From Octopus sinensis (Eukaryota), in contig NC_042998.1 of the NCBI RefSeq assembly GCF_006345805.1, positions 182,900,001 through 182,964,000 on the forward strand: a stretch of 64,000 nucleotides of DNA, read 5' to 3'. Made by a program: the position numbers and the translations under genes. This document shows positions 63,813-64,000 of the stretch, piece after piece. The number at the start of each line of letters is the position of its first letter. Positions within the stretch are counted from its first letter, which is position 1. Below the pieces are notes generated by a model. It worked only from the letters and a program-made list of their open reading frames with translations. It was not told the origin of the DNA and searched no databases.

Positions 63813-64000
63813 AGTGACTGAAACCTTTGGAGATATGCTCTGCTTGAGAAGACCCGGCAAGCTAACCGAGACCATAACTGTGGCCTATACCAGTGTTGTA
63901 TAACCAACCCATTTAATAGTACCTTTCAATCATTGGACAATAAACTATGCTTGTGAAGACCTGTTAAGGCAAGTGAAATCGCTGTTGTGGTCGATGATAG
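63813..64000 (+). mobile_element. RTE-clade LINE ORF terminus and start of 3'UTR (runs off the window)
   Basis: cctttggagatatgctctgcttgagaagacccggcaagc is homologous to the ORF end of family C; tgcttgtgaagacctgttaaggcaagtgaaatcg matches 2718-2752. Confidence 0.7.

Overview
AT-rich, microsatellite-dense eukaryotic DNA made almost entirely of transposon-derived sequence. The repeat families resemble those of Octopus/coleoid cephalopods (inference). No host gene is convincingly present; there is one weak exon candidate. The main coding element is a young, full-length L1/Tx1-type non-LTR retrotransposon (~20978-26408) inserted in a (CT)n tract. Also present: an internally deleted mariner, about 15 RTE-LINE 3' fragments whose 3'UTR carries a variable array of ~64-bp hairpin units, several tRNA-SINE families, two non-autonomous Helitrons, piggyBac-like and telomere-repeat-bearing MITEs, and CR1 remnants. 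The most striking feature, invisible in the ORF track, is a dense set of type I hammerhead ribozymes (HHRs) from several sequence-distinct Penelope-like-element (PLE)/retrozyme families, mostly embedded in (TA)n/(CA)n tracts. These include a tandem 249-bp retrozyme-like dimer (60425-60840), a perfect 196-bp inverted repeat with an HHR on each strand (39776-40214), an HHR abutting a Penelope RT fragment (33520-33608), a family with a variant CUGUAGA core, and decayed inverted pairs. Several have unusually long stem II insertions. All alignments were done by eye; repeat boundaries are approximate unless a TSD or TIR is cited.
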